Shown piece after piece: positions 61,337 to 64,000 of a stretch of DNA of 64,000 nucleotides. The stretch's first letter is position 1. Each line of letters starts with the position of its first letter. Below the pieces are notes generated by a model. That model was not told the DNA's origin. It was given only the letters and a program-made list of their open reading frames with translations, and ran no database searches. This stretch comes from Gammaproteobacteria bacterium (lineage in GTDB: Bacteria; Pseudomonadota; Gammaproteobacteria; UBA4575), in the NCBI GenBank assembly GCA_965243395.1, contig CBDEUS010000001.1, positions 640,001 through 704,000 of the forward strand. Reading direction: 5' to 3'. A program made the translations under genes and the position numbers.

Positions 61337-62158
61337 CTAAGTGCTTATGATGCTGCTGCTATCTAAGTATTTTTTTGCAAAGCCAAGCAGTTCTAGGCTG
61401 TTATTGACGATACAATCGGGTTGATGTGGGTGTTTAGTCGTCCCGGGAAAAATTTTATCTATCCATGCCTGATCCCAACCCGCACCATTATAAAAAATAG
61501 CCGTTACACCTGCTTCTCTGGCAGAGATAATATCCGTTGTACTGTCACCTACGTACCAAGCATGACTGCCGGGTTCAATATTTTGTTCTTCCAATACTTT
61601 AAGAATTAAATCTGGGTGTGGCTTACGATGTTCAACATCGTCGCCACAAACAATTGAATCAAAAAAGTGTGTCCAATCATGGCCATCAACGCATGTGATT
61701 TCATGATCCATAAATTCACGTTTTCGATTTGTTAGAACCGCTAAGTTGATACCCATAGTTTTTAGATCATGAAGAACATGTTCAAAACGCGGCTCAAAGG
61801 CAGTAACTTTACCAAAATGGTTACGATATGCTTTGTCAAATGCTTTGTGTGCAGCTTTTTTAGCTTCTTTATTGTTTCCAAATAAAACTTCAAAAATATC
61901 TGTTCTTGATATCTTTCTTGCTTGTTTTACTTTTGGATGAAGCCTCCGATTTTCTTTAATATATTTTACAAGCTTGGCATCATCAATTGTTTTACTATCT
62001 TCTACATCAATGAGTTGATCAACAAGTCCTAGCTCTTCAAGTCTAGGTAATACATCGTCTATGGCATAATACATGGCGTCGTGCGTATCGACTAAAGTAG
62101 CGTGCCAATCAAAAATAATTATTTTAGGCGCTGCATAGGGTACATCTAGAATACTCAT
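61337..62158 (-). CDS. HAD superfamily hydrolase
   Basis: FDWHATLVD, LTN, KPHPD, YVGDS..DI. Confidence 0.85.
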   Translation of the reverse strand: MSILDVPYAAPKIIIFDWHATLVDTHDAMYYAIDDVLPRLEELGLVDQLIDVEDSKTIDDAKLVKYIKENRRLHPKVKQARKISRTDIFEVLFGNNKEAKKAAHKAFDKAYRNHFGKVTAFEPRFEHVLHDLKTMGINLAVLTNRKREFMDHEITCVDGHDWTHFFDSIVCGDDVEHRKPHPDLILKVLEEQNIEPGSHAWYVGDSTTDIISAREAGVTAIFYNGAGWDQAWIDKIFPGTTKHPHQPDCIVNNSLELLGFAKKYLDSSSIIST

Positions 62159-62544
62159 TTGCTTTTATTTTTATGTACATAAATCTGAAGTATCAAAGTA
62201 ACAATGCAGTAACCTAGTGTAATGAAAAGTCCAAGGAATTCCCGAGCTTCTTCAATATAGAGTTTATCGTCATCCATAGCGGAAAAGATTTCAGTATAGT
62301 TATCGTTTGTTAGCAAATTATTTAAGCCTGGTATTACACCAATGAGTAAATAAATGTTCAATATAATCACTATAGTAGCCCAAGCCACACAACAAGGAAT
62401 GCAAAATTCTTTATAAGCAATAAAAGCTAGTATAGCTGTAGCAAGGTAAATGACTAACCATATGGGCGCATCAACGTCATTCCATTGCAACGCTGCAAAA
62501 ATTAACATCACATAAAAAAATAACAGATGAATTTTCTTCATCAT
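62155..62544 (-). CDS. Transmembrane 220 family protein
   Basis: AALQWNDVD..IW..IY, EEAREFLGL. Confidence 0.8.
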   Translation of the reverse strand: MMKKIHLLFFYVMLIFAALQWNDVDAPIWLVIYLATAILAFIAYKEFCIPCCVAWATIVIILNIYLLIGVIPGLNNLLTNDNYTEIFSAMDDDKLYIEEAREFLGLFITLGYCIVTLILQIYVHKNKSK

Positions 62545-62601
62545 TGGGTTGTTAGAAAATAATCGATAAGTATTCTCGGCTGAGAATACTAGGTATGCAA
62601 G

Positions 62602-63177
62602 CTACCAGCTGCGAGGTCTTCCTATATCTATGTGGATAAAGTTACTCTGAGCATAGTAACCGACTCCACCGGCTTGTAGTGATTTTGCTGCATCACGTAG
62701 ATGTTTTAAATCTATATCTGGTACCCGTATATCAATGGCTTTTCCTTGCATATGTAGACTACGCTTGGCTACGCCATTGCCTTGTTTGCGTAATTTTTCA
62801 TTGGTTTTTGGGGATCGGTAAGCGGAAATAATATGAAACGGGCTATTAGAGTTACTCTTTTGATGCAGCACATATAATAAATCTAAAAGATCGATATGCA
62901 TTTTATATTGTTCGTCAGCACGATGATCTCTAAGTACATAATTAATGTCGTTTAACGCACTGGAATCATATTTGCCATTTACCCAATAGCAGCTTTGTAA
63001 CGATTCGCCTGTATGTAAGTTAAGAAATTCTAAAGTTCTTTCTGTAGAAAAATTAGTGTTCGCATGAACAAAATGAGAAAAGCTGCTCGTAAGCGCTAAT
63101 GCAGCAGCAGAAGAGCGTTTTAAAAATTTACGGCGCGAAATGCGATTTGAATGTATAGATTCGTGTGCGTGACCCAC
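62602..63177 (-). CDS. mepK: YcbK/MepK family peptidase M15 (DUF882), Tat-exported
   Basis: SRRKFL Tat motif, HTGE, ISAYRSP.TN, S.HM.GKAID, F.H.D.G..RSW. Confidence 0.9.
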   Translation of the reverse strand: MGHAHESIHSNRISRRKFLKRSSAAALALTSSFSHFVHANTNFSTERTLEFLNLHTGESLQSCYWVNGKYDSSALNDINYVLRDHRADEQYKMHIDLLDLLYVLHQKSNSNSPFHIISAYRSPKTNEKLRKQGNGVAKRSLHMQGKAIDIRVPDIDLKHLRDAAKSLQAGGVGYYAQSNFIHIDIGRPRSW

Positions 63178-63204
63178 GAAAAACCCTTGTAATTATGCAA
63201 AAAA

Positions 63205-64000
63205 TTATTCAGAGGCATTATACAAGTTGCTGGCAAAATGGCTATCTTGTTTGTAGATGTCTGGTCGAAAATTAAGGATACCCTGATTGTCTACCCATGC
63301 AGTTAAATAGGTGATATGAATAGGAATAGCTTTGTCTAGCTTAAAGACTTTAGTTTTTTTACGGTTTGCAAAGTAATAAAGGTCATCTTTTGTCCAAGTC
63401 TCGCTATTGGATAATAAAACTTCCGCAAATTCTATTGGGTTTTCTACGCGTACACACCCATGACTAAAAGCTCGTGAGGTGCGAGAAAACAATCTACGTG
63501 AAGGCGTGTCATGCAAATAAACTTTATAGTTATTAGGAAATACAAACTTAACACGACCCAAAGCATTTTTTTCGCCAGGATTTTGTCGGATACGTAAAGG
63601 GGCTTTACTAACATCAACGTTATTCCAATCAATCGTTTCAGGGTCAAGAAAATAATTTTTGCTATTAACACGAGAAATAACTCGCATGTTATTTTTTTCT
63701 AGATATTCAGGGTCTTTTAGTTGTTTTGGAATAATTTCATCTCTAGTGATTGATTTGGGAATATTCCAATAAGGATTTAGTACAAATTCAGAAATTTCAG
63801 ATGATAATACAGGGGTCTTATTCTTTTTCTTGCCAACGATTACACGCGTTTCATAGACTGTTTTACCTTTCTCTATTACATATAATTTATATTCAGGAAC
63901 GTTAACTAAAATATAACGTTCATCTTGTAGTTCAGATAATTTCCTGGCTCTATCAAGATTGAGTTCAATTTGAGTGGCACGACTTTGCGACGACTTGTTA
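63205..64000 (-). CDS. ldtD: L,D-transpeptidase YcbB/LdtD, 5'-truncated by the window end
   Basis: Frame open to the window edge (YILVNVPEY, VIVGK..KTP, NPYWNIP), NALG.VKF.FPN, YLHDTP, SHGCVRV, FRPDIY. Confidence 0.9.
   Translation of the reverse strand, partial: NKSSQSRATQIELNLDRARKLSELQDERYILVNVPEYKLYVIEKGKTVYETRVIVGKKKNKTPVLSSEISEFVLNPYWNIPKSITRDEIIPKQLKDPEYLEKNNMRVISRVNSKNYFLDPETIDWNNVDVSKAPLRIRQNPGEKNALGRVKFVFPNNYKVYLHDTPSRRLFSRTSRAFSHGCVRVENPIEFAEVLLSNSETWTKDDLYYFANRKKTKVFKLDKAIPIHITYLTAWVDNQGILNFRPDIYKQDSHFASNLYNASE

Noticed and set aside
62569-62590. Palindrome agtattctc-ggct-gagaatact
   Set aside because: Single short hairpin after mepK, most simply a terminator or stabiliser; not repeated
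1-64000. CRISPR arrays, IS elements, integrases, prophage or defence systems
   Set aside because: No regularly spaced repeats or recognisable mobile/defence proteins; the NYN protein is a lone LabA-type gene

Overview
AT-rich bacterial chromosomal window, most likely from a gammaproteobacterium (rapA, srkA-slyX, ycbB-ycbK; marine habitat inferred only from the gene content). No rRNA, tRNA, CRISPR array, transposase or prophage was recognised. The core is a ~24 kb C1/sulfur island (7.3-31.2 kb). It holds a canonical methylotroph fhcBADC operon reading into an NAD-linked formate dehydrogenase, a methanethiol oxidase cluster (mtoX-sco-mauG-tlpA-tlpA), and a second, archaeal-like formylmethanofuran dehydrogenase operon (fwdD-fwdB-fwdA-ftr-fwdC). 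The B subunit of this second operon keeps the Mo/W-ligating Cys-His, the catalytic Arg and the [4Fe-4S] ligands. It is followed by a 7Fe-type ferredoxin and an FprA-type ferredoxin-NADP+ reductase instead of the archaeal polyferredoxins FwdF/G. This suggests two parallel exits from the H4MPT/methylofuran pathway, one giving NADH through formate and one giving reduced ferredoxin/NADPH. Other notable items: a 128-aa protein resembling the catalytic half of sulfur oxygenase reductase, a secreted protein with five CP12-like C-x3-P-x4-C loops, three unannotated small ORFs, a structured fwd leader, a MoxR/DUF58 cluster and glucosylglycerate genes. All family calls come from motif recognition by eye, not from database searches.
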